Virus record (IMG/VR): IMGVR_UViG_3300031857_000028
Location: 64,001-128,000 of that record
Reading direction: 5' to 3' (one strand)
Origin: a virus
Length of the DNA stretch: 64,000 nucleotides
Shown: piece by piece, positions 9,082 through 18,745 of the stretch
How the letters are laid out: the number at the start of each line of letters is the position of its first letter
Position numbering within the stretch: the stretch's first letter is position 1
Notes under the pieces: generated by a model
What the model was told of the DNA's origin: nothing
Database searches by the model: none
What the model saw: the letters and a program-made list of their open reading frames with translations, nothing else
Program-made: the position numbers and the translations under genes

Positions 9082-11175
9082 TTAAATCATACGCACAGAC
9101 GTTTTTACCGTCCATGTACTACTGTCACCTGAGAGTTTCAGTCGAACATTTGCATTTAAGATATCTACCGTAAATACTTCGTTTAATGTGTCACCAATAT
9201 CATTCGTAGAAGTGTCGGTAAATTCCACTGTAGATGTGCCTGCTTGCCACACAGCAAATACCGTTCCCGTTCGAAGATTTGTTCCACTCTTAAGTACATA
9301 ATCAAAATGTGCCGCATCATAACTGCTTGTTGCAAGAGATACGACGACAGAATTTAATGGACTTGGTATGGTTGCACTTCCAGAGGCATACAATATTCCT
9401 TGAATAATTGCGCCACCTTGCAGTGTTACTGTGTCGGCAGTAGTTGCTCCATACGGAGTAATGTTTTGTAAACCGTATGCATACGAACCACCAATATTGA
9501 GGTCTACGCCATTGAAATTAATGGGTTTAGTACTTACTGAGCCGTCAGTTACCGTGAAATTTGAACTCGTGAATGATGCAACACCACGTGCAGTCGTTGT
9601 TGCATTACTTCCACTGAGTATTACTGTTTGTCCACTGACCGTTGCTGCTATACCATTTCCGCCTGCAACTGTTAATCCCTGTGTCTTAAGATTAATTGAC
9701 CCCTGACCACCCTGTGAGCCTGTTACACTTAACGTACTAACAACGCCGGTAAGATTACTACCATCGCCACTGAATGCTGATGCACTTACTGAACCGGTAA
9801 CAGTTAGTCCGGCTTCAATATGTGTCAATCGTGATGGGAAATCTATGCGAATTGAACTTGAATCTGGTCTACTGTCTATATGGTCCGTTCCAGAAGCAAC
9901 TGGAACTCTACCTGCCGTCAATCCAACTTCATTACCTAATGTACTAGTGTTTACTGGTCCGGCAATAAACATAGCACTGTTGTACGGTGCACCGCTTATG
10001 TTTTCATAAATAAAATGATGATTTAAACTGTCCCAGTAAATAGATGCAGTTGCTACACTGGAGCCCGAGTCTCTAACCGACAATCCACCAAATCGTGTTA
10101 TATCATCAGTGTTTACTATAATTTTATTATCGCCAACCACATATTGTGAGGAAGTAACATACTGCGTACTCATTGTTGCGGCAGTTACTATTCCCGTTAC
10201 CGTTAATGAACCGGAAATGTTCACATCTTTGGCAATACCCACCCCACCTTGAACAATTAACGCACCATTATTGAAAGCTGTACTATTTGTGGTGTCACTG
10301 ATTGTCTGTACACCCGTGAAGGTATTTGAACCGGTGGTGGCAAGTGTGGCAATTCCCGTAGTGTTACGGACATCTACTTGCGTTGAACTACTAATAGTTC
10401 CGGCTGGAATTGATACCGTAATAGTTTGACCAGATGCATTTGTTGTAACACCGTTGGCGCCATTAATAGTTAATGTCTGCGTCTGTAGGTTTATCGTGCC
10501 AGTTCCAGTAGTTCCAGCAGTACTAAGTGTACTTGCAACTCCTGTTAATCCACTGCCATCGCCTTTAAACGAACCGGTAAACGAGCCAGTAAATGGTGTA
10601 GTGGTACTATTAAATTGGAGTGAACTACTAAAGACACCTTCTGTATTCAGTTCTTTCTTAACACCATCTAAAAAGTGTACCGATGAAGTGTCTAATGTAA
10701 GTGTACGTGTTGAGGTAATGTCACCACCGCCACTTAAACCAGAACCCGCTGTAATAGATACTGTGCTATGGTCAATATGTTGATTTGCTACATAATTTGT
10801 AGTAAGATTATGATCAATTTGTCCTGAAGAGGAAACTAATGATGGTTTATTGACTACATTTGCATATTCTACATATGAAGCCGTTGCCGAACTTCCAACC
10901 GTAATTGTTACTGGAAAGGTTGAGCCATCACCCTTCGTAAACGTAATAGTGCTACCAGCACCACTTGCAGTTACAACACTATTTGTAGCTAATGAGGCAG
11001 TGGTTGCATACGACGAACTAATAACACCGGTGACATTTTGACCATTGCCATAAAATGCCGTTGCTTTAATGTTTCCAGACGAAGTTACGTCTGTACTAAA
11101 TCTACTAGATCCAGTTATCTCTATCCCAGACGCAAGTACTTTTAGTCCGTTGCGTGCTATAAATTCATTTGCCAT
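9082..11175 (-). CDS. Tail fibre/decoration protein
   Basis: 697 aa, S/T/G-rich. Starts MANEFIARNGL. C-terminal domain shared with 11208-12152. SD GGAGA. Confidence 0.75.
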   Translation of the reverse strand: MANEFIARNGLKVLASGIEITGSSRFSTDVTSSGNIKATAFYGNGQNVTGVISSSYATTASLATNSVVTASGAGSTITFTKGDGSTFPVTITVGSSATASYVEYANVVNKPSLVSSSGQIDHNLTTNYVANQHIDHSTVSITAGSGLSGGGDITSTRTLTLDTSSVHFLDGVKKELNTEGVFSSSLQFNSTTTPFTGSFTGSFKGDGSGLTGVASTLSTAGTTGTGTINLQTQTLTINGANGVTTNASGQTITVSIPAGTISSSTQVDVRNTTGIATLATTGSNTFTGVQTISDTTNSTAFNNGALIVQGGVGIAKDVNISGSLTVTGIVTAATMSTQYVTSSQYVVGDNKIIVNTDDITRFGGLSVRDSGSSVATASIYWDSLNHHFIYENISGAPYNSAMFIAGPVNTSTLGNEVGLTAGRVPVASGTDHIDSRPDSSSIRIDFPSRLTHIEAGLTVTGSVSASAFSGDGSNLTGVVSTLSVTGSQGGQGSINLKTQGLTVAGGNGIAATVSGQTVILSGSNATTTARGVASFTSSNFTVTDGSVSTKPINFNGVDLNIGGSYAYGLQNITPYGATTADTVTLQGGAIIQGILYASGSATIPSPLNSVVVSLATSSYDAAHFDYVLKSGTNLRTGTVFAVWQAGTSTVEFTDTSTNDIGDTLNEVFTVDILNANVRLKLSGDSSTWTVKTSVRMI

Positions 11176-11199
11176 GCACTATCTCCAAAATAGTTTATA

Positions 11200-11207
11200 T
11201 ATAAATA
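11200..11207 (-). promoter_or_regulatory. Putative late promoter motif (sense strand TATTTATA)
   Basis: Recurrent intergenic octamer, about 25 nt upstream of the ATG at 11175. Confidence 0.6.
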
Positions 11208-12152
11208 TCAGGTTACATTGGAAAACATTTTAAATAAACATTGTATAGTCCATGCACCAGATCCTAATCCCGCACTATATGCTCTTAGTAATATATTATT
11301 TCCCACTCGTATGAAATTAAACGATAAATCACTTGTATCCCCCACACCAGTATTCGATACATCAGTGTATGATATACTACTTCCACTCCAAGTAGCATAT
11401 AATGCTCCGGCTCGCAATGCCCCAGTTCGTTGTGCCACATATTCAACTGATACACCACTGTGTTGAATTGAGGAGAACGGAGGATCTATGATTTCTGTTG
11501 CCGCAAATACACCAGATTTTACCGAAGATGATATTATTGTTGCAGTTGTCGGCGTATTTGTTAATACTGATAACTGTGATGTTTCGACTGTCCCTCGTAC
11601 TTTACTTGCAAATGATGCAGACTCAACAGTCCATCCTGCCGCCTGCGTGGAAGACGACACCAGTCCCGGTGGCTTATTTGTGAGAGTGTCCCACGAGCTA
11701 ACGGAACCACTAACATAAGATGCAGTTAACGCATAGGAAGCACTTACGGCATTCTGTGCATATGATGCAGATGCAATTAATGTGGGTTTATTCTGTATAT
11801 CCGTGTAGTTAACTTGCGTAGAACTGGATATAATTCCCACAGGAATATTTTGTAGTTGTGTATAATTTACTTGCGTCGAAGAGGAAATTAATCCTTCAGG
11901 TTTTCCTAATAACCCATCCCAAGAATTACTAGCACCAGATACGTAACTTGCCGTAACGGCAAAATCTGCAACTCTGTAGAATGAGTCAGCTTGTGTAGAA
12001 ACAATTGTACTCGGTAAATCTAAGTTTACCACATACGTGTCGCCTGCCGTTATAGATACTGCATATTGGTCAGGTGGTTGTAGATTTACACTTAAATTAT
12101 CTCCTGTGTCTATCACTACCAAAATATCACTAGTATCCAATGAACCTGACAT
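11208..12152 (-). CDS. Fibre/decoration protein
   Basis: 314 aa with PxGLISSSTQV repeats. C-terminal domain paralogous to that of 9082-11175. Confidence 0.7.
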   Translation of the reverse strand: MSGSLDTSDILVVIDTGDNLSVNLQPPDQYAVSITAGDTYVVNLDLPSTIVSTQADSFYRVADFAVTASYVSGASNSWDGLLGKPEGLISSSTQVNYTQLQNIPVGIISSSTQVNYTDIQNKPTLIASASYAQNAVSASYALTASYVSGSVSSWDTLTNKPPGLVSSSTQAAGWTVESASFASKVRGTVETSQLSVLTNTPTTATIISSSVKSGVFAATEIIDPPFSSIQHSGVSVEYVAQRTGALRAGALYATWSGSSISYTDVSNTGVGDTSDLSFNFIRVGNNILLRAYSAGLGSGAWTIQCLFKMFSNVT

Positions 12153-12155
12153 ATA

Positions 12156-12506
12156 TTATCTCGTTACCGCAGGTCTTACTATAATCATACCTTCTAATAT
12201 TCTCCGTGTAACGGATACCGGTGAAGTGGAAGTGGCGTATATGTCATACACATATTGCCGCTGTGTTAAGTTTATTGTGTCTGACGGTGTTAATTCTACA
12301 AAAACACTTCCAGAGGAATATGGTAGATTTTTTGAAAATGTAAATGTTGCTGCAACTTCTTCAGTAGTATAATTTTCACGTACCTGTCCGGCAAACGTGT
12401 AATTAGTAATATCAATTGGCGTGTTATTTTGATTTTGGTTTTTTAATCGAACGTGTATTTTAAACGTTTCACCTTGGCCAATTTCAAATTTTGTAGGTTC
12501 TGCCAT
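12156..12506 (-). CDS. Small virion adaptor protein (BppU/Ig-like)
   Basis: 116 aa. Pattern IGQGETF...PIDITNYTFAGQVR...YVYDI...ILEG..IVRPAVTR is common in phage structural modules. Confidence 0.6.
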   Translation of the reverse strand: MAEPTKFEIGQGETFKIHVRLKNQNQNNTPIDITNYTFAGQVRENYTTEEVAATFTFSKNLPYSSGSVFVELTPSDTINLTQRQYVYDIYATSTSPVSVTRRILEGMIIVRPAVTR

Positions 12507-12535
12507 ATTTATCTCTCAATATAAGGCCCGTCTTG

Positions 12536-12543
12536 TATAAATA
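12536..12543 (-). promoter_or_regulatory. Putative late promoter motif (sense strand TATTTATA)
   Basis: About 30 nt upstream of the ATG at 12506, just downstream of the tail-tube terminator. Confidence 0.6.
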
Positions 12544-12584
12544 TCAAATTTATAGGTAATATGATGATTTTATTAGGGTTATAA

Positions 12585-12621
12585 TATAAAACTCCCCCGT
12601 GACATTATACCACGGAGGAGT
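12585..12621 (-). terminator. Intrinsic terminator after the tail tube gene
   Basis: Minus strand ACTCCTCCGTG-9 nt-CACGGGGGAGT followed by TTTATA. Confidence 0.75.
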
Positions 12622-12643
12622 ATTATATGTTGATAACAAATAA

Positions 12644-13132
12644 TTAGAAATTGAGTACGCAGTAATCTGGTTGGACAGTGAGCGTGAAGGACATTACTTC
12701 GTCCGTACTCCAATCCAAATCACCGAAATTTACTTCAGTAATCTGTGCTCCTTTGATAATCCATTCTTCAACCTTGTCACCGACAGGTCCAAGGATATTT
12801 AATGTTAAATCCTTCTTATAGAATTCAAGATATCCATCACGACCCGTGACAGATTCGTGGTGAAGACGCACCCACTCCATAACTGCTTGAGCACCGGAAG
12901 GTACGATTGGATCATAAAGTTCTAACTGCATTGCACCCCATGTGGTTTTGCCTTTGACGTATCGTTGAACATTGATGTGGTCAATTGGCTTTGAATCTTG
13001 CTTTATTGAAGGACGTGCAACTTTTTTCACAATGTATGAAGGAATTCCATCCACATAAAGGATGAAACGATTCTTCATCTTTGGTTCAAATGCTGTGAAA
13101 AACAGCTCTTGTTCACTTACTAGGTTTGCCAT
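12644..13132 (-). CDS. gp19: Tail tube protein (T4 gp19-like)
   Basis: 162 aa. Motifs FEPKMKNRF, GKTTW, LYDPIVPSGAQAVMEW, YKKDL, FGDLDW. Directly follows the sheath gene. Confidence 0.85.
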   Translation of the reverse strand: MANLVSEQELFFTAFEPKMKNRFILYVDGIPSYIVKKVARPSIKQDSKPIDHINVQRYVKGKTTWGAMQLELYDPIVPSGAQAVMEWVRLHHESVTGRDGYLEFYKKDLTLNILGPVGDKVEEWIIKGAQITEVNFGDLDWSTDEVMSFTLTVQPDYCVLNF

Positions 13133-13158
13133 GTATAATCTCCGAAAGGATTCTTAAT

Positions 13159-13166
13159 TATAAATA
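13159..13166 (-). promoter_or_regulatory. Putative late promoter motif (sense strand TATTTATA)
   Basis: About 27 nt upstream of the tail tube ATG, directly after the sheath terminator. Confidence 0.6.
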
Positions 13167-13175
13167 TAAGATATT

Positions 13176-13210
13176 ATAAAAATGTGGGGGAGGGATTAAT
13201 CTCCCCCACA
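13176..13210 (-). terminator. Intrinsic terminator after the tail sheath gene
   Basis: Minus strand TGTGGGGGAG-loop-CTCCCCCACA-TTTTATA. Confidence 0.8.
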
Positions 13211-13218
13211 GATTCATA

Positions 13219-15864
13219 TTATGCAGTTGGGAATGTTGCACCAGTTGGGAGAACATTGAAATCAAGGATAATGAATTCAGCTGTTCTTGTTGGCTGGAGA
13301 TAGAGTTGTCCGTAGAGGATATTTCTATCAATGATATCCGGTGTATTGTTGGTTTCATCCATAATTACCCGGAATGCAAACAATCCACTGCGTTCTTGTA
13401 CACTTGCCAAATATGGATTGACAATATTTAAGAAACGATTTCGTGTGGCTTCAACGTTTTGTTCGAACACAAGGTAACGTGAAACACTGGCGATATATTT
13501 CTTAACTGCAATTAATAGACGGCGAACGTTTACACGGTCAAGTGCCGAAGCACGACGTTGAAGTGTCTTCTGACCCCACACACAGATACCTTGTCCAGGG
13601 AACTGTGCAATTGGGTTGACCTTTCCTTCATACAACGTGTCTCTACTTGTTTGTGGAAGTCGTACCTTCACACCCACTGCACTTGCAATACCACCACGGT
13701 TCAAACCTGCTGGTGCAAACCATTCTGCGGCAATATTGTCATTGTATGCGTAGATTTCTGGAAGAATAACTGAAGGTGGTACCCAAATCAACTTATTGGT
13801 ATTGGTATCAATTACTCTCAACCACGGATAATAAGTTGCTGCATAGTTACTATCAATTTCTCCTGCCTTAGCAGTTGCACTTGCAATTGTTGCGTTTAAT
13901 CCAGTAGTATCCATGATATAGAAGCAATCACCGCGGTCTTCGCAGAGACTTAGTGCAGTATCAGCTACATACGAGTGGAAGTCGTAGATAACGCCGGGCA
14001 ATATCAAGAGATTGAAATCCCATTGATCTTGATTACTCAATGCTTGTAATGCTTTCTTATAAGCCTTTGAGCCCGGTGATGCTGCATTTGCAAGATTAAA
14101 TCCTTGTGAATTGGTTGGAACGATGTCACCACCCATCTTAATATCACGTGCTGGATTTAATCCATCAAATCCGCCTTGGAATGGTACCGAGAACTTACGG
14201 TATGCCAAGCTATCGTTGTCCAATGAAATTGATGCAGAGAATTGTAATGAAGAGCCACTTGGTACTTCATACAATGTCTCCAATGTAAACGATGAATTTG
14301 GAACATCTACTGTATTTTCTGGGTCTGGGATTGCCCCGAGATACGATGGATTTGTTCCTTCGTTATCTGCAAAGTTCCACCCATAGTAGAAACGCTTATC
14401 AACCGATTCTGTTGTATATCCTTGCACACTTCCGTTTCTCCAACGTGATGTTACCAACGATGGACTCGTTAATTGTGTATTAAGAACCGTAACAGTCGAT
14501 TCCACTGACCCAAACCCAAACGGTAGTGCAGTTGCTGGAATTACTGCATCCGACATTTGTACATACACGTACTGTGAACGATTTGGGAAATCGCCTTGAT
14601 AGTAACGTTCTGCGGTATTTGGGTCATCGTATGGAGCGCTATCACCAATTACACGTGCAATAAATTGCGGACTATCTGGATCTAACGTGAGGTTATCATA
14701 CTGTTCTAAGACTTCAATACGTGCATCAGTATCATCATAACGACGAATTAACATGGAGAACGTTCCCCATGGATTATCTACGTCATCACTCTTCTTCATA
14801 TTTAAGAACGATGCCTTAATTTCCTTATTTGCAAAATTACCATCACTTAATGTGTGAAGTTTGAACAAATCAATCTTTGCACCAGCAATTGTCTGTGATT
14901 GAATCCATGGCGTGTGCGCATTTGCAAATCCAACGTCTGTGAAATTCAATGCTGCACTGGATGTTTCTGCGTACATCGTTACTGCTGCAGTTTGTCCTGC
15001 ACTTGTCAATTGGTAAGTTACTGTATTTAACGTTCCACTGTTACTTGAACTTACGATGAATACCACGTTCGTTGATGAAACGGCTGTATATTGAGGAAGT
15101 AAGAGTGTTCCGAAATTAATTCCAGAGCCACTGACAGTTGCTTGACTTAATTTTGTTGTGTCAATATTTGTTAATGATGCAACAGGAACTACATACTTGG
15201 TAAGACTTCCCGTAGACACTCCCGTAGGAACATCTCCAGTAGCTAATGATTGTGATGCTACAGTCAATCCTGAAACTGTTTGTCCACCCGCAGTTGCTTC
15301 TGTAACGGATTCTGGGAAGATTGCATATACAAATGAATTCTTCGTGGTTACTGGATTTGTGCCCAACAAATCGCCGAAATATGCTGTAGACGTTTCAAGG
15401 GTTGTTAGTCCACTTTGACTTACTGCCGTTCCGCCATCTGCCACGATATTAACAGAAAAACTACCACCAGTTCCCGACACTGCAATTGATTCAATTGTAT
15501 TGCCGATACTACTTGGGTGAACTACCGCAAACAATTTCTTGCCCGATGAACCCGATACATAAATTAAGCCGGGGACCGTTGTATCGTTATTGTATCCTTC
15601 CGTTCCTAATACACGAACAATAGTTGCTACGCCTGATTCACGTAAATAATTTTTTACTGTAAGCCCAGTATAGTGATTCGCGTCGGCTTCACCAAAAAGG
15701 GTAACATATTCCTGCTGACTTCTTACAATTGTTGGGATAAACGCTGGACCTTTGGGTGTCGGTCCAATAAATGCGCCCCCAATTTCACTAATACCCTGGG
15801 TTAAGAAACTTAAGTCTCTTTCCCGTGTGAAAACTCCAGGGGAAACAATTCTTTCATTTGCCAT
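13219..15864 (-). CDS. gp18: Contractile tail sheath protein (T4 gp18-like)
   Basis: 881 aa. SPGVFTRERD N-terminus. WFAPAGLNRG, VNPI, WGQKT, RVNVRRL and PTRTAEFI C-terminal motifs. Confidence 0.95.
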   Translation of the reverse strand: MANERIVSPGVFTRERDLSFLTQGISEIGGAFIGPTPKGPAFIPTIVRSQQEYVTLFGEADANHYTGLTVKNYLRESGVATIVRVLGTEGYNNDTTVPGLIYVSGSSGKKLFAVVHPSSIGNTIESIAVSGTGGSFSVNIVADGGTAVSQSGLTTLETSTAYFGDLLGTNPVTTKNSFVYAIFPESVTEATAGGQTVSGLTVASQSLATGDVPTGVSTGSLTKYVVPVASLTNIDTTKLSQATVSGSGINFGTLLLPQYTAVSSTNVVFIVSSSNSGTLNTVTYQLTSAGQTAAVTMYAETSSAALNFTDVGFANAHTPWIQSQTIAGAKIDLFKLHTLSDGNFANKEIKASFLNMKKSDDVDNPWGTFSMLIRRYDDTDARIEVLEQYDNLTLDPDSPQFIARVIGDSAPYDDPNTAERYYQGDFPNRSQYVYVQMSDAVIPATALPFGFGSVESTVTVLNTQLTSPSLVTSRWRNGSVQGYTTESVDKRFYYGWNFADNEGTNPSYLGAIPDPENTVDVPNSSFTLETLYEVPSGSSLQFSASISLDNDSLAYRKFSVPFQGGFDGLNPARDIKMGGDIVPTNSQGFNLANAASPGSKAYKKALQALSNQDQWDFNLLILPGVIYDFHSYVADTALSLCEDRGDCFYIMDTTGLNATIASATAKAGEIDSNYAATYYPWLRVIDTNTNKLIWVPPSVILPEIYAYNDNIAAEWFAPAGLNRGGIASAVGVKVRLPQTSRDTLYEGKVNPIAQFPGQGICVWGQKTLQRRASALDRVNVRRLLIAVKKYIASVSRYLVFEQNVEATRNRFLNIVNPYLASVQERSGLFAFRVIMDETNNTPDIIDRNILYGQLYLQPTRTAEFIILDFNVLPTGATFPTA

Positions 15865-15887
15865 ACGAATCCTCCTAATGGGTTATA

Positions 15888-16148
15888 TTATTCTGTTATT
15901 TCACCAGTTTCTATGTTTATTGTACCGGTTCCATAAGTTTGCTGCAGTTTTTCAAATAAAACCCTTTCTTTTTCTTGAAATTCTTCAAATGCCTTTTCCT
16001 GCGATTCCAATTGTTGATGTGCTTCGTCAATTTGACGTTCTAACATTTTTTTACTTAGGTGCAATTCACCAATGGATGTTAGGACGGTAAATAACGATTC
16101 TTTAAGATTTTGAATCTCTGCAAAATCTTCTTCAGCAATTTTTTTCAT
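15888..16148 (-). CDS. Small coiled-coil protein
   Basis: 86 aa, heptad pattern, SD GAGG, motif variant upstream. Confidence 0.65.
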   Translation of the reverse strand: MKKIAEEDFAEIQNLKESLFTVLTSIGELHLSKKMLERQIDEAHQQLESQEKAFEEFQEKERVLFEKLQQTYGTGTINIETGEITE

Positions 16149-16206
16149 ATAAACCTCTTTTTAAAGTAGTATACATATCATAAATATATAAAAAATATTC
16201 AAAACA

Positions 16207-17001
16207 TCACTTATTATTTGAGCTTACCAAAGATTCCGTGTCGAATACCACTTTTTTGGGTGAATATGCCAATCGACTTGTAAGTTGACGATTTCCGTTT
16301 TTATCCAACGCACTCTGAGGTAGTACATATGCCTTAACGTCTATAGTAAACTTACTACGGACCAATCTTGCCGCATTTGCAGGTAGATCAGTTATTTGTT
16401 CGAATTGATTAATCTTTGCTTTGAATTTAAAATTATTATCATTACCCCAGTATTCGTTACTTTCAAACGAAATATTTTCAACTACCTTATTCATTTGTTC
16501 CATAAATTCTGTCCAGATTAAACCTTCATAGGTTATATCGTAATAATCTGGAATTGATGTGACTTGATATCGTTCACTCGGTCGTACGCCATTTATTACG
16601 GCAAATCGGTCATACACGTTACGAGAATTCCAGCCCGTTTTAAACAAATATGTTTGATATTTGTTGGTTGGATTGTTTATGGCATTCTCCTTCATTCCCG
16701 TTCTACGAATCATCATAATTGGTAATTGAATCATTCCATTTGCATCACGTAATGCGCCATCAATTTGCGCACTTTTCCAACGCTCTGGATTACCATACAT
16801 TACTGGTACTTGAATTTGTTTTTTGTTCTGTGTTACAATTGGTTTTACTTTTGTTTGTAGGTATTTTATGATTGCCGTGTCAATTGTCTCCAAACCTATT
16901 GAAACAGGCGTACTATCTCCCTCATCAGATTTGGTATCATACCCTCTGTTTTGTCGTTGTGGGAGTATTATATTATTTCTATTAAAATTAGGAGCGGTCA
17001 T
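16207..17001 (-). CDS. Tail completion/sheath terminator protein (T4 gp15-like)
   Basis: 264 aa. VPVMYGNPERW, LPIM and PDYYDITYE motifs. Lies between neck and sheath genes. Confidence 0.65.
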   Translation of the reverse strand: MTAPNFNRNNIILPQRQNRGYDTKSDEGDSTPVSIGLETIDTAIIKYLQTKVKPIVTQNKKQIQVPVMYGNPERWKSAQIDGALRDANGMIQLPIMMIRRTGMKENAINNPTNKYQTYLFKTGWNSRNVYDRFAVINGVRPSERYQVTSIPDYYDITYEGLIWTEFMEQMNKVVENISFESNEYWGNDNNFKFKAKINQFEQITDLPANAARLVRSKFTIDVKAYVLPQSALDKNGNRQLTSRLAYSPKKVVFDTESLVSSNNK

Positions 17002-17459
17002 ATGTGTGTTTCCTCAATATTAAACTCGGTTTTGCGAGTCAAGTGACATTCACACAATACAGTTTGATTATATTCGGGTCTAGATGCAATCAATTGCGCT
17101 TCATTTACGTTATTTATACCATAAAAATTATTATTATATTTTATAACGTCACCCACTTCTGGGTACACATCAACGTCGGCTAACAATTTTTTTACAAATC
17201 TAAATTCTACATCGGCCTGTTTTATGTTGTATCCAAAACCATCTTCGGTTTCTGCCGTTTTTTTCGGATACTTGATTAATGCATTTAAACTAATTCCTTT
17301 GTACGTTGGTTTTTCCGATGACTCTCCGTAAATATTTACTTTAACGATGTCATTGATAATTTTGTATAAAATGACTTCAACGTCAATCAAGTCAACGATA
17401 ATTTCCCTATTTATATGTTGAAAAAAGTCAAAGTCTCTCGTAGAAACAAAAATTGGCAT
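16998..17459 (-). CDS. Neck/head-closure protein (gp14-like)
   Basis: 153 aa. NIYGES and YPEVGDVI motifs, plus synteny. Confidence 0.6.
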   Translation of the reverse strand: MPIFVSTRDFDFFQHINREIIVDLIDVEVILYKIINDIVKVNIYGESSEKPTYKGISLNALIKYPKKTAETEDGFGYNIKQADVEFRFVKKLLADVDVYPEVGDVIKYNNNFYGINNVNEAQLIASRPEYNQTVLCECHLTRKTEFNIEETHI

Positions 17460-17469
17460 AAACTATCTC

Positions 17470-18636
17470 TTATAAGATGTATATTGGAACAGGAACGTGT
17501 TGGAATATCTTATTCATTGACTCTACGCTTTCTAATTGCTTTTTCAACTGCATTTGATATCCCGTCTGTTCTAATGTTTCACGGATTTCATCGATTAACA
17601 ACTTTTTTTCTTGTTCGGCTTCACGGCGCAGAGTTTCTCCATCCAGACGAATTTGAGCTTCTGGGATTGGGATGTGTTCGTATTTTGACCGAATAAGTCC
17701 CAACAATTCTTTTGCTAATGCCAATGTGTAACGATAAATCCACAAACGTCCCATCTGATTAATGTTTCCATACTGAATATTATCATACGGGATATTTGAA
17801 AAGTCGGATACTACACTATTTTCTGAGCCCGACTGTAATACTCCTGCTCCAGACATTTTATCGTCCACCACCATATAATCAAACCAGACGATTGTATCTT
17901 TCGTAAAGATTGGCGAAAATCTAACGATATTGTTTGCTATACTAAAACTATACTGACTCTTACGAATCATATCGTTGATTTCAATTGCTTGAATACGAAG
18001 AAGGTCTTCGTATGCTGGCATCATTACGAAGGTTACCGGTGGTGAGTACCCATCAAATCCAAATTCACTCATAAGATTGGTTAACCCAAGACCCGTTGTT
18101 GCAAATGGGTCATAGTACCGAGCAATCGCAGGTGGCATATTATGATATATTTTTCTGATTTCAATTGTCTTTCCACTTTCACTTACATCTGCCCACAATG
18201 TTTTTAAATCATATGCCTGTTGATAGGCAGTTGCTTTAATATATCCTTTTTTCATAGAAACGTTTCCACCACTCTCAGCTTCTGTACCATAGTGTGCCGA
18301 CAATTTTACAAGTTGTGGAAGTGGACTACTTACAATATTACGTTGTGTTATATTTTGAGAGGTACTCATTCCTTGTACTGCCAGCATATATTCACGTGCA
18401 TTAAACTGATTCACTTGATTACTATATGTGGTAATGGCTTCTTCAAAACAAGCGTAAATTTGTTTATGTGTAAGTTCTACGTCAACCACAGGATATCCCA
18501 ATCTACGTGCCACAAATGTGGCCAATTGTGGTCCTTCCGTTTGGAATTCTACATCGTTATCATAAAATCCAAATGGTGTGAGATTATACGGATTTACTGG
18601 GTTTTCTTCAAAAACAATCGGTTCACGGTTTTGCAT
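17470..18636 (-). CDS. Neck/head-tail adaptor protein (gp13-like)
   Basis: 388 aa. RRLGYPVVDVEL and YTLALAKELLGLIRSKY...LDGETL motifs. Follows the capsid gene. Confidence 0.75.
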   Translation of the reverse strand: MQNREPIVFEENPVNPYNLTPFGFYDNDVEFQTEGPQLATFVARRLGYPVVDVELTHKQIYACFEEAITTYSNQVNQFNAREYMLAVQGMSTSQNITQRNIVSSPLPQLVKLSAHYGTEAESGGNVSMKKGYIKATAYQQAYDLKTLWADVSESGKTIEIRKIYHNMPPAIARYYDPFATTGLGLTNLMSEFGFDGYSPPVTFVMMPAYEDLLRIQAIEINDMIRKSQYSFSIANNIVRFSPIFTKDTIVWFDYMVVDDKMSGAGVLQSGSENSVVSDFSNIPYDNIQYGNINQMGRLWIYRYTLALAKELLGLIRSKYEHIPIPEAQIRLDGETLRREAEQEKKLLIDEIRETLEQTGYQMQLKKQLESVESMNKIFQHVPVPIYIL

Positions 18637-18659
18637 AAAAGCCCTCTATTAGAGACATA

Positions 18660-18667
18660 TATAAATA
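18660..18667 (-). promoter_or_regulatory. Putative late promoter motif (sense strand TATTTATA)
   Basis: About 24 nt upstream of the ATG at 18636, after the capsid terminator. Confidence 0.6.
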
Positions 18668-18683
18668 TCAAATTATTTACTAT

Positions 18684-18714
18684 AAAAATAAAAAGGGTGA
18701 CCCGAAGGTCACCC
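18684..18714 (-). terminator. Intrinsic terminator after the major capsid gene, with a cUUCGg tetraloop
   Basis: Minus strand GGGTGACC-TTCG-GGTCACCC-TTTTTATTTTT. Confidence 0.9.
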
Positions 18715-18745
18715 AATTTATTTTTTACGTTACGAAAAAATCGTA

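Noticed and set aside
288-12152. Diversity-generating retroelement or invertase-driven fibre switching
   Set aside because: No reverse transcriptase or recombinase is present, I found no repeat pair differing only at adenines, and there are no inverted gene cassettes in this window.
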